Shown here piece by piece: positions 28,558-42,459 of a stretch of DNA of 64,000 nucleotides. The position numbers and the translations under genes were made by a program. Every line of letters begins with the position of its first letter. Position 1 is the stretch's first letter. The DNA comes from Eledone cirrhosa (lineage: Eukaryota), in assembly GCA_964016885.1 (NCBI GenBank), contig OZ024742.1, forward strand, positions 125,550,001 through 125,614,000. The letters are read 5' to 3'. The notes under the pieces are model-generated. The model was not told the origin of the DNA and ran no database searches. It saw nothing but the letters and a program-made list of their open reading frames with translations.

Positions 28558-29138
28558 TGTATGTATGTATGTATATGTGTATATATATGTATGTGTGTGT
28601 ATGTATGTATATATATGTTTGTATATACAAATATATATGCATGTAAATGTGTGTGTGTGTGTGTATGCATGTTTGTGTATTTGTATGTAGGTGTATGTAT
28701 GGATATGTTGATAATTATGTGTGTATGTATGTGTATATGTATGTGTATGTATATATATATACACATATGTATGTGTGTGTGTATATGCGTGTGAGTATGT
28801 ATGTGTGTATGTGTATATATATATATATGTGTATGTATATAATTGTGTGTGTGTGTGTGTGTGTGTGTGCATGTGTGTTTATTTTTCCTTTCCTTCTTCC
28901 TTTTTCAGCCTGACTTTCATATAGATTATATTTTTGTTTTTAAAATCCAATGCCAATAAATACACCAGGATTTTCTCATTCTGATGATTGAAAGCAAAAT
29001 TTGTTTGCTTTTAAGAAACCAGTGGTAAATGAAATAATTGACTTATGTTGTTTATTTAATAACTATTAAGCTCTGTTACCTACATAGAGTACTCTTTTTT
29101 CCTGGACCTTTCCTACGGAATTACTTCATTTACACACA

Positions 29139-29203
<65 letters not shown>

Positions 29204-29676
29204 ATATCCCTTTCTTTGAGCTATTTAATTGTAAAAAAACTGTTTGAGTTTATAACTCCATATATAATATTCTCAGCTCCATGCCTTGAGCTAATTTTTT
29301 AGTCCCATAAAACCAGCTGCTATTTTTAGCGGCACGAATATAGGACGTGCTAGACGCTGGGACACATGTGCGTTCAACAACATATTTCTCTGAGTCTTCC
29401 TAAGTATTTTGAAGTGAAACTTACCAATTTCTGGATACCTGCAGAAGAGCACAGGAATTGGAAATTTCACTTAATTGTTGCGAAACAAATTTAAAATTTA
29501 AAATTTAAATTTGTCCAGCTATCACGGCTATTGCCAATATAGGTTTGTTTTTATTGATTTATTATTTTAAATCGAGACAGGCAAACTGTATTATTTTAAT
29601 TAGTATTTTTCAATCTAGCTAACTTGGTCATTTGCAATGCAAACACATGTATACTTGTATCAGTGTTTATCCCTAT

Positions 29677-29850
29677 GATATATTCATTTGTATTACACGG
29701 CTCAGAAATATCCCTTTCTTTGAGCTATTTATTTGTAAAAGTCTATTTCAGTTTATAACTCTATATATAATATATATATATATATGTATGTTTGTATGTA
29801 TTTAGATTCTGTATTTATGTGTGCATGTGTGTGTATATATATATATAATG

Positions 29851-29896
<46 letters not shown>

Positions 29897-30036
29897 TTAC
29901 ATGTATTCTTGTGCAGAATGAGTGTCTACAGTGCGGTGAAAAAGATTATATTATAGCCGGAAAGCCCAGTTCCGGCTATAATATAATCTTTTTCACCGCA
30001 CTGTAGACACTCATTCTGCACAAGAATACATGTAAG

Positions 30037-30068
<32 letters not shown>

Positions 30069-30240
30069 TATATATATATATACACACACATGCACACATA
30101 AATACAGAATCTAAATACATACAAACATACATATATATATATATATTATATATAGAGTTATAAACTGAAATAGACTTTTACAATTAAATAGCTCAAAGAA
30201 AGGGATATTTCTGAGCCGTGTAATACAAATGAATATATAT
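29677..30240. repeat. ~560-bp fold-back palindrome centred near 29966
   Basis: AGCCGGAA-agcccag-TTCCGGCT centre; non-palindromic relatives of the arm at 29205-29280 and 32790-33100. Confidence 0.9.
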
Positions 30241-30244
30241 ATAG

Positions 30245-30365
30245 TGAAGGCGTGTGGCTGAGTGGTTAGAGAATTGTATTCGCAATCGTAAGGTTGTGAG
30301 TTCGATTCCTGGACCAGGCGATGCGTTATGTCCTTGAGCAAGACACTTTATTTCACGTTGCTCCT
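30245..30365 (+). mobile_element. tRNA-derived SINE (family 2), 3' truncated
   Basis: A box TGGCTGAGTGG, B box AGTTCGATTCC, core TGTCCTTGAGCAAGACACTT. Confidence 0.8.
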
Positions 30366-30523
30366 TCTACCTGGAGTTGCGACCGATAGATAGTATTAGC
30401 AATTGGAAAGACCAACGGAAACATTGTTCCCTCGGTCCGATTTGACAAAAAAGTCGATCGTTCCTTAAAAATATATATATATGTATATATATATTTATAT
30501 ATATATTTATATATATATATATT

Positions 30524-30859
<336 letters not shown>

Positions 30860-32280
30860 TTCAAAAGTAACCAATCTTAAAGATGGAGATGGAGATAGGA
30901 GAGGAGAAGAGAGATTGGTGAATTAGTTAGAAGCCAAAGCGTAAAGGCATGTGTTCAATGTGATGTGCAATATGCAGTGGAAGGCAGCTTGGTGGCTGGG
31001 TTAATGCAGAGGTTAGGTGCACAGAGCTGGAAATATTCATTAGTTAAGCAAAACACGAATTTCACAAGGAAGACATTATTAAAAGATTGTCAACATAGTT
31101 AACCTTGGCGGTCCGTTTACAATTGTTTCGCTACTCCATCTAATGTTTCTGGATCAAATGATTATAGATCATTATTGACCTGGTTCAGTTGAAGATAATT
31201 AACTTAGGTACAATTAGAGCAAATCATTGGAACTTCAAAAGGAATATAAATTAAAATAAAGAAAGAATGTTACATGAATGTAATGTTCCATATATTGGTA
31301 TTTCACTATGGTGTCCTGGGTATATCTATCGTCTGATATAGTCGAGCAGTATTCTTCTGTCGAGGCTGCATTGTGTGAGATCTTCCTATGGGTAACAAGA
31401 TGGCCGCCAATGGACATATTTACCTTAATAATTAGAGGGTGGTTTCAGGGGAAGAAACTCCTCGAGAAATTAGAAATTGCGGGTCGTTTATTGTTAAGAA
31501 GTGCTAATTTTTTTAATTGAGAGACAATGTAAGGGAGGTAACTTATAATTATCTAAGTTAGCTATAACTATTTAACTTATTACCTATAAGTAAAAATGAG
31601 GCTAGGTGACTATGTTGGGTCAAATATTCTGTTGGCGAAGGAATTAGCCCTTCGATGTTGACAGCTAATAGTTACCTCCATTCTATCGTTAATCGGTAGA
31701 GGCCGTGATAGAGTTATGTAATATGCTTCGGTAAGACAGAGGTCACAAGTGTTTCTTCGTCCATTGAACGGTTGGGCCCTAGTCAAGATATCCCATGTTA
31801 GTGAGTGTTCAATGTTGGTTAATTTAAGGTTTTTAATGAGCCTAGCTAGAGATGTCGAACATCTGTTGTTAGGGTCTCGGAAGGAAAAAGAGTGCGCGTT
31901 TTAGCGTAGCTTAAATAGGTTAGATGTAGAGCCAATATAGGAGCTGGTATTCGAAGCAGTTTTAACTGTGCACCTATAAACTATATTGGGTGTCAGGCAA
32001 TGTCCATTTAGTGGGCATGCATTAGGGTAACGGCAGTTGCAGTTACTTCTGCGGTTAGTGAGAGTAGGGTTGTTTAAACTATGCGGTTGGTCCGTGCTAG
32101 AATGATTAGATGGGGGAGGTGTGCTACTGGAGTAAGTATTGGTGTAGTGGCGTGGTGTATTTGATGGGCGGTGGTTGTACCGCGGTGTGGGATTTATGTC
32201 TTAGTTTATGATGGTTACTGAATGCGTTGTGGGTAGCTAGGTTAGGTGTTGTGGAGAATGAGATTGTAATGTTGTTTTTA
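30860..32280 (-). mobile_element. Decayed PLE 3' fragment (GIY-YIG plus 3' UTR)
   Basis: Minus strand CNCRYPNACPLNGHCL..IVY.C and SYIGSTS at ~31920-32045; HHR 3' half GAAA-caattg-TA at 31118-31129. Confidence 0.8.
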
Positions 32281-32289
32281 TTAAACAAC

Positions 32290-32714
32290 ATTCAAATTAG
32301 AAGTTAGATTCTCAGCAAGTAAATGACAAGTAATTATGTTTTGAAACAATGAGCGAGTTTGAAATTAGAAATATAAGCTTTCACCGTATTTTTGACTAAA
32401 GAAATTTTTAGCCTGATAGTGGGGTTTAGAACTCTCAGAGAAATGGAAAAAGATGAGTATTGACGTACATGGGAGTCGAACCCACATCTTTGGTTACCCA
32501 GACCACTGTGCTACCATTACACCAACACATCACCCATCTCCTTCCATTCAAATTAGAAGCTACATTCTTAGCAAGTAAATGACAAGTAAGTATGTTTTGA
32601 AAGAGTGAGCGAGTTTGAAATTAGAAATAGAAGCTTTCACCGTTTTTTGTCAAAAATACGGTGAAAGCTTATATTTCTAATTTCAAACTCACTCACTGTT
32701 TCAAAACCTACTTA

Positions 32715-32718
<4 letters not shown>
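32290..32718 (-). mobile_element. 256-bp tandem unit with tRNA cloverleaf and fold-back end at (TA)n
   Basis: Direct repeat 32291/32547; palindrome centred near 32650. Confidence 0.7.
32461..32532 (-). tRNA. tRNA-like cloverleaf, nominal anticodon GGG (Pro); probably element-borne rather than a translational tRNA
   Basis: 72 nt; paired acceptor stem, D-stem GTGT/GCAC, anticodon stem TGGT/ACCA with loop CTGGGTA, T-arm GTGGG-TTCGACT-CCCAT; A and B boxes present. Confidence 0.6.
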
Positions 32719-32792
<74 letters not shown>

Positions 32793-32924
32793 CATCTATG
32801 TATGTATGTTTGTATGTATGTAGATTCTGTATTTGTGTGTGTATGTGTGTTTGTGTGTATATATGATATGTATATATTCTTGTGCAAAATGAGTCTCTAC
32901 AGTGCGGTGAAGAAATATTATATT

Positions 32925-33075
32925 GTCATGCTTTCCACCATAGTTACGTCCCTTTACAGTCTGAGTTCAAATCCCGCCGAGGTTAACTTTGCCTTTCATC
33001 CTTAAGGGGTCGATAAAATAAAGTACCAGTAATGTACTGGGTATTTGATGGCCTTGTGCCAAAAGTAGAAACAAT
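32925..33075 (+). mobile_element. SINE family 1, 5' truncated
   Basis: Family motif; ATTATATT duplicated at the flanks. Confidence 0.85.
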
Positions 33076-35479
33076 TATATTACAGTGGAAAGCCCAGCTC
33101 CATTTGTAAAAACGTTTAGTTATGTACATGTGCATACATATAGGCTTAGTGGGCTCGTGAAAACCGATCGCCTGGTTTGGAATTATTAGATTATCTATAT
33201 TGTTAAATACCTCAATAGCTCTTTATCCTCAATCATTCTTTTGTAAATATTGGAACATCGTCTGCGGTATCAGAATATATTTTCGCTTTTCTCAGAGGCT
33301 TTGGAAAAAAAATACGTGCCCTACCCTCCTGCCCTGATTAAAGATTACAAAAAGTATACTTAATCAAGCCATAAATGTCATTTGCGATGTACCTTATGTT
33401 TTCACTGGTTAGATATATTGAGCTAAGCATCTAACATGTAATACTACAGACTGCTGACATGTATCAGTAAGTTTCTGTACTACAGGTGACAAATCTAACT
33501 CGGAAATTTCAGCTAGCCGCTCTTGATACATTACTGTTAATGATATACTAGACTGTAATGAGAGTTGTATTGAAATACACGGACTTTAACTAAACCCACT
33601 CAACTATACAGTTACAATACTTGTATTTTATCTCGCTAATGCCCATGTTATAAGTACCAGTCATAGGTTGTGTTCTCTAGGTTACGTCACAAGCCATTCA
33701 TAATCTGGGTAGATACTAAACAACATAAAGTCATTTCAACGGCAAATTTCTTTTCTTTTGAGCCACAAGAGAGCCTCTATGCTCCAGCTATATGTGCTGA
33801 AAATAGCAGGCAAATTCTCTCAAACCACAAGCTATCATATTAAAACATGATATACCCACTTGATACTAGTCCTAGATATACTGAAATAAAGAATGATAAA
33901 AGCTAAATTTTCCTTGGTCAAACATACAAACATAAACATTTGATCCTATGATCAATAATATAATCATTTATGTATATAAAGTACCTTGTATCCATTCAGC
34001 AAATTCAAACTATTCTAGTTTAACATATATAATTTCGTCACCTTGTTCCAATGTTGCAGAAGTTGACTCTGATTTCGTCACTTGAGATGAATGTATTAAA
34101 ATCCCAGTATTTATCTAGATTTATAGATTAAATAACAGTATATATTAGGAACCAGCATTATCCCGGAACTTCAATTCAATTTCAATCTAATATACAATCT
34201 ATCCTCTGCCACCAGTTTTCTATCTGTTAACCAAATCGCCTTAGCGGGTATATGATTAAAATAGGTTTTAACTCCTACTGTTTTTTAACACTATATAGTA
34301 AATACTTCAGTTGAGCTCAGAGTAGTATAGTTTTACAGGGTGCTCCAGTAACTTAACGTAATACCATAAATATTTTAAATTATTCATTTATACACATTGT
34401 TCGTTGATTCTTTAAATTCCCTCGGAAAATCAATTTAATGTGTGAGTAATTTATTAGAGCTGAGTCGGGTTGACATTAACCTAGATTTCTGACAAGACTC
34501 AGTGGTTTCTAGAACCAATAATTTTATCAATAAAATTAAATCTACAGCTTTTAACATCCGTTTTATTAAATGTTTTCTTCTACAAATAACTTTAATGGAA
34601 TTGTTCTTCAGTCAACAATAATTTGACAAACGTAACCTAGTTTAATAGCGCCTGTAGACGGTTTGCGTTGCTTTGCACAACTTTTAATGAATTCTCGTTT
34701 GCTTTGTTCTGTAATAAAGTAGAACTTGATAGATGTTGAACGGTTTATTTCTCTAATATACTTTACAAAGAAATAGTAATTTCATCATTTCGTTTTGCTT
34801 ATGTTCTTTTATTTTGATAAGTATATCTACATCAAAAAGAGACAATGATACACGTCTGATCCAAGTTTCTCTTTCCAACGTATCTTCAATTATATAGCGA
34901 AATAAATTCTTTCATCTGGTTTCGTGATCTAAAGTAATCACAAGAGAATTACTAATATTTTCCCGCTTTTTTTCATTATATCGTTTAATTTACTTTAATA
35001 AGAAAACAAATTATTTTCAATTACATTTTATACCGTATTTCTTTAAATATATATTTTAGTAGACACGATATTCAAATGGTGGCAATAAAATTAGTCAAAT
35101 AAATTTTCTCGTAATTAGCAATATAATATGTTATTTCTGATACCTTCAAAATAAATACTAGCCGCATACTAGTGTATATGGGAATTTCCTCATAGCATAA
35201 TTATCTAGTTATAATATTCTTCTCCTTACGTAAGGTTTCTCTGGCAACCGGGTGCAATGTTAATTGGCCTCAGGTCAGACCCTGATCTCAGAGGCTCAAT
35301 ATATCGCGTGGGATTCTAACAATGATAGTAGAAATTTAGGCAATGCCTATGACGTCGCGCATCCCAAGATTGTTTATGAAAGACGTAAGGTGTTTATGAA
35401 CCGTTCCTAGTGTTTCAATGACGATTCGCACGACTTAAGGCTCTACATTATGCTCAGTTTTAATAGCGTCTGCAAGGTC

Positions 35480-36600
35480 TGGATTCTTATTGATCATTTC
35501 CATGTTCTGTTCAACCACATTGAAGTCGGGGGGGGGGGGGCGCAATATCGATTAGAGCCCATTATTGACCACTCATGACGACAATCGGTAATTCCATTTC
35601 CTAATACTTTGGCCAAAATCTTTAACTCTGTGTTGAGCAGGGCAATGCGCGGGATATTGTCAACTATGTCTTCCTTGTATGCGTCTTTCCTCATCTGTGT
35701 TACTGCTCCCAGGCTCACAGCAAGGGGAATTCTGCCATTCTGTTGCTAGTTGCAATAGACAGCTGCGATGATATCAGAGGGTTTTTCTGGCATATCTACG
35801 TAAAACCCGTAGGGCAGACTATCCAAACTAGGCAATCTACACCTCATACAGGACTTCCCTATCTTGGCTGGTGTTATAGGCTTTTCGCAGCATTCCACAT
35901 ATCTCGACGAGAGTTGCAGTAGCATCTCGAGTTAGGAACTATAGTCCGCCACTTTTACCGTCACCCACTTGCCTCAAAAGGTTGTGCAAAGTGCTACTAA
36001 AAAGATGCAAATATTTGCCCATCTCTAATTGTGGATTTATTGCTAGACTGCGCCTCTTCCATTTGGGCCCATTGAACATCTGTTGTACTTCCGTGTCTCA
36101 GAGCAAGTGCTTTAGCTAGGACAATGCACACATTGTGTTTCACATTAATCGCCTCTTCTAGATTAGCTACTAACTCCTGCTTTGTTCCAACATGTTATGG
36201 TGCTACATCTTTACTACAAGCTATTCGTTCTATTGTAATCCCTCTCTTGACTATTGCCCAAGTCAAATGTCACCTATCTAATGTGCTTATCTGGTTTCTA
36301 TAGACTTTACGTGCTGGGAATGAGGCGTTAAGTTTGCAGTAATCGCGCCCCTGCCTACTTCTACATATTGAGTCTAGGTGAACCATGAAGGTCACAAATG
36401 TTTGGTCTGAATACGTGACCGTTTGTAGATGTGGATATCCTGCACTATCCCTATCTGTTAACCTAATTCTAATTACAAATCTATCTAGATACGATCTAGA
36501 TGGCTCTATTCGATTTATCCATGTCCACACTGGCGCATTCGGCAAATCTAGTCTAGGGGTTCAAATAATTTTGCTTTATCCCCCACTATCACTTGGAAAA
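35480..36600 (-). mobile_element. L1/Tx1-like LINE ORF2 relic (APE end to RT start)
   Basis: WTW....SRSYLDRF, SD(Q/H), YCKLNAS and RIALLNTELKILAKVL. Confidence 0.75.
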
Positions 36601-38029
36601 AATGTCCACCGTCCTCCTGTATAGTAAATATTCAGAAGCATACCAAAAATATTTGGTAAGAGTTTGTTACTAGTTCATAAACTGACTTTTTATGGTGTAA
36701 TATAAGTACAATAAAAAACTGATTTATACGGTCGCGGCTGCTGCTGCTGATGTTACTACTACTACTACTATCATGTTAAAGAACATGAGAAAGGAAACTT
36801 GACCATTTGAAACTGTATTTTATTAAACTTAATTATAAAGTATATAATTTAGTTTTATGGTTAGTATTAGAGTGCAATAAATTAAACAATTTTTAGAAAA
36901 ATGTTGAAAACTCGAATGTGACGGCTGAATGCCGACACAATGGAAGTCGGGTAAAAATAACCCTAGGGATAGAAAACCGTGGCAGTGATCGCTCCAGAGA
37001 GATGGAAAGTTGCGAGGTGAATGGAAATTATAGATTATTGAGAGAGGAGAGTTTTGGCACGTCGGAGTGATGAGGAAAATAAAGGAAAACAAGTGGAGAC
37101 TAATTATGTACACTATAAGCAACTAATAAAAATTCACTAATTCACTAATAAAAATATTTTTTGTCTAATACTTTTTCGGTGCTATTTTACTTTCGCGCCT
37201 ACAAGACATATAAATATTGTTGAAATCAATCACTCAATATTACAAACGGTGCACAACGTTTATGTGCCGTTTTAACATCAAGTCAGCGAGGGTGTGGAAA
37301 ATTCATGAATGAGAGAACAGAAATTGATACTTCGAGCCACAGTTGCGAAAGTGAAATAACGTCTACTATTTCTCTCACAAATGACAGCACATAAATAACT
37401 TCCCTAAAACTAAATTATATCGTTTATAAATAAATTTATTTAAATAGTGTTTTAAATTGTTACGGTATATGAAGTAATCAAAATCTACTGAAGGTAACGT
37501 TTTTTTTACTTTTTGCTATTTTATTCGTGGAAGACGTAAAGATGAAAAATGAAATTTTATTGGCAAAGTTGTTCTATGTCTTTCGTTATCCGATTTATAT
37601 CCGGAAAAAATGTTATTTCGTCTGAAGAAATATTTGAAGGTAAAATAGACCTTCTAAAATCTATACAAAAATATTCTTTTTTGCGAGGATGTTATATCAT
37701 TTCTGGGGTTGTGGGCCAGTTATTCCCATTTAGCGTCCTATTTCGTTGTTTCTTTATATACAGATTATTTGCATATCTCCTTTGAATATTTATTTTCAGG
37801 TAGCATATATTCTTAATACTTAAAATACTATATCACCTACCAGAATTCCGAAATGCCCACCATATTCTGTTCAGTTACTCATCACTCATGCAACAGTTGA
37901 AATCGCCCACCGGTGGGGAGACCCTGATTTAGTCAGTATCTGTCAAACGGTTGAACTCGCCCACTGGTGGGTGATATCGCCCTGGTTGGGAGACCCTGAT
38001 TTAGTCATTATTTCTCAAACAGTTGCAAT

Positions 38030-38390
38030 CATCTAATCACCTGAAGAAATTCGACCATCTTGGCACAGTCGGGGAATATGTGGCCTCCCGTCTAAAAGCT
38101 CTGTCTGCGCTATAATTCACATCCAAGACCACCTTACCATTAGTTCCAGGGAGATATTCCGTACCTCGATGCTCTGGCCTTTCCTATAGAGCACTGTCAC
38201 CCCGCTTCCCATTCCATACCGACAAAGATATGCATAGACCTCAAAGTCTTAAACCATAGGAGCCTGTGCGCAGTTATTGGGAATCTGTTCTCATTGACGA
38301 CTACTACATCCACCGTTAGTGAGTTGATGTCATTGAGTAACCAATCGTGCTTCCAGGCCGACCCCAGGACATGCACGTGCATTGATACAT
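38030..38390 (-). mobile_element. L1/Tx1-like APE endonuclease N-terminal relic
   Basis: MHVHVLGSAWK..WLLNDINSL.VDVVVVNENR resembles NV.GL...K...LL......DV..LQET. Confidence 0.55.
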
Positions 38391-38536
38391 CCTACTCTTA
38401 AATTTACCAAGTTAGCTGGAAAACGTGAGGAAAAAAGGAAATCGGAGCCACTTACCACCCTGGTGGTGTTAGAGCTATGTTCTTTTATCCTTGTTAAATC
38501 TGTAATATGTTTTTATTATATTACTTTATTAACGCA

Positions 38537-38620
38537 AACCTTTCATCCTTACGGGGTCGATAAAATAAAGTACCAGTAATGTACTGGGTAATTGCTGGCC
38601 TTGTGCCAAAAGTAGAAACA
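38537..38620 (+). mobile_element. SINE family 1, 5' truncated, 17-bp TSD
   Basis: TSD ATTACTTTATTAACGCA at 38520-38536 and 38621-38637. Confidence 0.9.
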
Positions 38621-39189
38621 ATTACTTTATTAACGCATTACAATAACATTCTCTAATGTTTTATTATTACACCACTGTTTTAACGTTAGGATTTCTATGT
38701 GTGAGTCTGTTTGGCTAATAAAGAAATAATACTAGGTATTATTCTTATTTATATTGTTTATATTTTTGTTGCAGTTCCTGTTTTTTTTTTTTTGTTTTAT
38801 GTTTTTTCGTTTTTTTTGTGGTGGTGTTTTTGGACGTGTTTTACACATACCATTGAAGATTTGGATGTTCCAGATTTAATTTGATGGAATGGAAGTTTTT
38901 ATTTTCATTTCTTCATCGGAGGTTTCGTGTGGCACCTTCTTTACCATATAGTTGAAAAATATAAACTTTGTCCTTGGCCATTTTTAAAACTAGATTATAT
39001 TTATTTTCACATTGTTTACTTGTAATTTAATTACGACTTTTCTTCTCGGGTAATGGTAATTCGATAAATATTTCGTAATCAAAAACAAGGATTTAAAAAA
39101 AATTAGACAAATAGAAAATATTGATGATAATTAATCAGAAACAGTTATGGAAACAGACAATTCTACAAATAGATACATTTTAGAACTAA

Positions 39190-39660
39190 GTTATTCATAT
39201 ATTAGCACACACGGGGAGATAGGAAATGTTCTCACAACAATTCTAATCAAGGAATATGTAAGATGAAATACTTCAGATTTCTTTTTCTTATACGAAACAA
39301 GGTGCAAATTTTATACAACCGGTTTTATACCATCGTTTATTCCGATCAATTCATAAAGCGATGTATGCCGTAGTATCCGGTGCAATTTGACAGTATTGCA
39401 GCATGTATTGTCTCCAAATCAGAGTGTGCGGTGAAGCAACAGCTGTAATTTGTGCGGTACACATATTATCACTGGCTAGTGCAGAAGCAAACATCAGTAC
39501 AGATTTTGAACATTGGTTGGCATGTCGACGTACGAGAATTTATGAGTTTGAAGTTGAAACGAAAAAAACATGAGGTTTTGCGGGTTTGTATTGAAATGGC
39601 CATTCTGATGACCCGTAAGACTACAGAAGTAGCATATACGTGCACCCCTTTTTGAGAACA
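39190..39660 (+). pseudogene. Possible LINE ORF1 (gag-knuckle) relic
   Basis: Broken PFIP..RC, CNLCG.H....C and KKHEVLRV motifs across frames. Confidence 0.3.
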
Positions 39661-40313
39661 GAGAGAAACGTAGTGAAGCAGATTGTACATGGATGAACAT
39701 CCAGTTGCCTCACATTATTTCCACTAAGAATCTTTTGAGAACTTTCTATTCAGAAGAATTTTGAAAAGCAGCTTCGATGACGAACGCCGGATAATAGCAG
39801 CAACAATGGTACAAAGCTCCTGAAGACATTGTTTTCAGAATGGAGCTAGTTGCTGCTCTGATCGTAGTCAAATACATTGCCTCAACATCAATGCCAGGGG
39901 TCAGTGACTAGGGGGTCGTGTGCTTCCCTCTTATAGCCATACACTACAGTAGTAAAGTGATGAAACATGATATCCATGTTTCTTCACATCACTCATAAAC
40001 GTCTAATAGACAGAATGAACTGACAGAAGAGCAAGGACATTACATCAAATGAGGAGGAGGTCGGCACTATTGTGGAAAGTTTTAATGATAGATTGCTAAT
40101 AAAATCCTTCTGGTAGTCTATACAAATCTAGAGTTCATTTTTTTTACATGGATGGGAGAACCAAATCAAATATGGTCACACACTCACACAAACACATACA
40201 CGCACACATACATACACACACAAAGACTCACACACACACACACATACACATATACATATATATACAAATATGCTCACGCATTCACACATACACATATATA
40301 CACACCCATATAT

Positions 40314-40413
<100 letters not shown>

Positions 40414-40559
40414 ATACTTTGGGAGGGTCATGTTGCCAATAAGAAACACACGCACCAGATGCTTTCACTTCAATTTATTATAATAAATTTAGAAATTTAG
40501 GAATTTAGAAATTCCCCGTTGGTTGGTTGGTTCCACAACCAGATGGTTGTTTATATATT

Positions 40560-40602
40560 GTCAAAGTTCTTTCGTCACACATTCTGTGACCTCTTCAGTG
40601 AC
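40560..40602 (-). ncRNA. Type I HHR, PLE-3 pLTR
   Basis: Minus strand GTCA-CTGAAGA-g-gtcac..gtgac-GAAA-gaac-TT-TGAC. Confidence 0.72.
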
Positions 40603-40809
40603 TGGGGATTCTTTTCTTTGTTTTTGTGCCTCTCCTTTGTTCTGTCCTACGCCATCTTGTTTCTGTGTGTGTGTTGTGTGCTCAGTCTGCGCATGCGCCA
40701 CATCCGGGTGTCTGTGTGTCTTTATATTCGTTTATTTATTTGTTTATTTACATGTTACTGGTTGTTTGTTTGTTCTATGTGCGTGTGTGTTTTCATTTTG
40801 TCCTTAATT

Positions 40810-42442
40810 CTAAGTTGTGATGTTGCTGTTCCACTCATGTTTTCTATTTAATTTTGGTTGTAATTCTTTTATGTTTATTGCCTCTGTGATTTGTCTAAAC
40901 ATTGCGTCTTTTCTGTGTGTAGATTCTATTTTTATTTCTATGTTCTCTAATTTACCCTTATGTTCTATTTTAGCATGTTGGTAGAGTAGAGATGATTCTT
41001 TACTATCTTGAAGGTCTCGCCAGTGTTCATTTATCCGTTCCCCTACACTACGAGCTGTCTCACCTATGTACACTATATTTTTATCTCTACATTGTCCTTC
41101 AGTACATCTTATGCTATATACTACATTTCTAGTTTTACAGTTAATATGGGGGCTTAATTTACAGGTTATACATTTCTTATGTATACAGGGGGGTCTTTGA
41201 AAGGGGTATGTCTTGCTAATAAGTGCTTTTATGGAGGTACCTGGCCTTTCTACTATCTTAATATTGAGTTCATATTTATCTAGGGCCCTTCTAAATTTGT
41301 AAGCTAATTCACATCTAGGGGTTGTATCGATGAACATTACACTCTGGTATTTATTGCTATCATACCATGAGTTTATTCTATTAGCCTTATTCCTAGTTCT
41401 TTCTATTCTATTCCAAAATGTGCTCCTATACAAGGGGCAGGTCCCATTTGTGTCATTATTTACCATTTTTTCCCATTTGGTTCTGGCTCCTCTATACACT
41501 CTGATTTTATCTCTCTGATTGTAACCAGAGAACTGCATACGGTGGATGAAGTGTTGTACGTGTCTCTTTAGTTCTTCGGGTTGCACATGCGGGACACGTT
41601 TCTCATCACCCGTACCAAATCCGCAATCATGTATGTTGATTTTGGTATGGTCCGAAACAGCTGAGTTTCGGTGGATCAAATATTTGGAAGTCATGGGTTT
41701 GGCATAATGGGAATGGAGGATTTGTTTTTTGTTATTAATGGTATCTAACCAGAGCTCTGTGTCTAGTACAGGTAATCGATGGTTGGGGTGTTTGCTTGGG
41801 TAGTCTATAGTAACTCTAATACTCTGGTGGATGGAGTTAGCTATTTGCTGGATGCTTTCCATTGTGTTTTTCTCTAATTCCAGACTGTTCTCTAGTGGGG
41901 GAGTTTTAACTACGATGTCTATATCATCAACGTAGCGGGAGTACATTATCAGGGTTAAGGGGTCTTCTAATTGTTCTTTAAGTTTAAGTTTAAGTCTACT
42001 GTCCCACCATACCATGAATAAGTTAGCTATGTCGCCTGCAATGCTAACACCAATGGCTGCTCCCTCCTCTTGGGCATATGTTTTTCCATTAAATTTGAAC
42101 ATATGTTCCTTAAGGGTTAATTGTATGCTGGCCCCCACCGCATGTGCAATCATTTTCTTTAGTTCATCGTTGTTTTCGGGGGTTCGTATGGCACTGGTCC
42201 ACCCGTTCCATCTATCTGTGTGGGTTTTCTTGGCCATTGAGGTAATGGTAGGTGGTCTGCCTCTTGCTGGTCTTGTAGGACACAGGTTGCTAAGGTCATA
42301 TGTGTCTAGATAAGTATTACTATAGGTAAGTTTAAGTAGGAGTCCCAGCTCACTGGTATCAATCCCACGGAACTCAACATTGTTCTCACTGATCATTTCT
42401 ACGCATTTCTCCACAGCAAAATCCACGTCAATAGATGGATAC
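40810..42442 (-). CDS. PLE-3 reverse transcriptase, thumb and GIY-YIG (5' broken by inversion)
   Basis: YPSID, F.FNGKTYAQEEGAAIG, YSRYVDD, LPVLD, C..KCITC, VVYSIRC, YIGETAR, ERINEH, EAI. Confidence 0.88.
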
Positions 42443-42459
42443 TGGGACGTAATGGAGAT

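Larger units (their letters stand above)
18420..28930 (+). mobile_element. PLE-1 (Naiad-like): 5'-truncated element with long inverted copy of its 3' end, interrupted by PLE-2
   Basis: 18815-21340 mirrors 21640-22400 plus 26930-28930; GIY-YIG ORF fragments occur in both orientations; the 3' UTR is microsatellite-rich. Confidence 0.8.

Noticed and set aside
30245-30320. tRNA gene calls for SINE heads (also 55815, 7057)
   Set aside because: A/B boxes run directly into SINE body sequence and the cloverleaf is incomplete
37870-38010. Duplicated GGGAGACCCTG-ATTTAGTCA, possible hAT-like terminus
   Set aside because: No matching opposite end or transposase identified in the window
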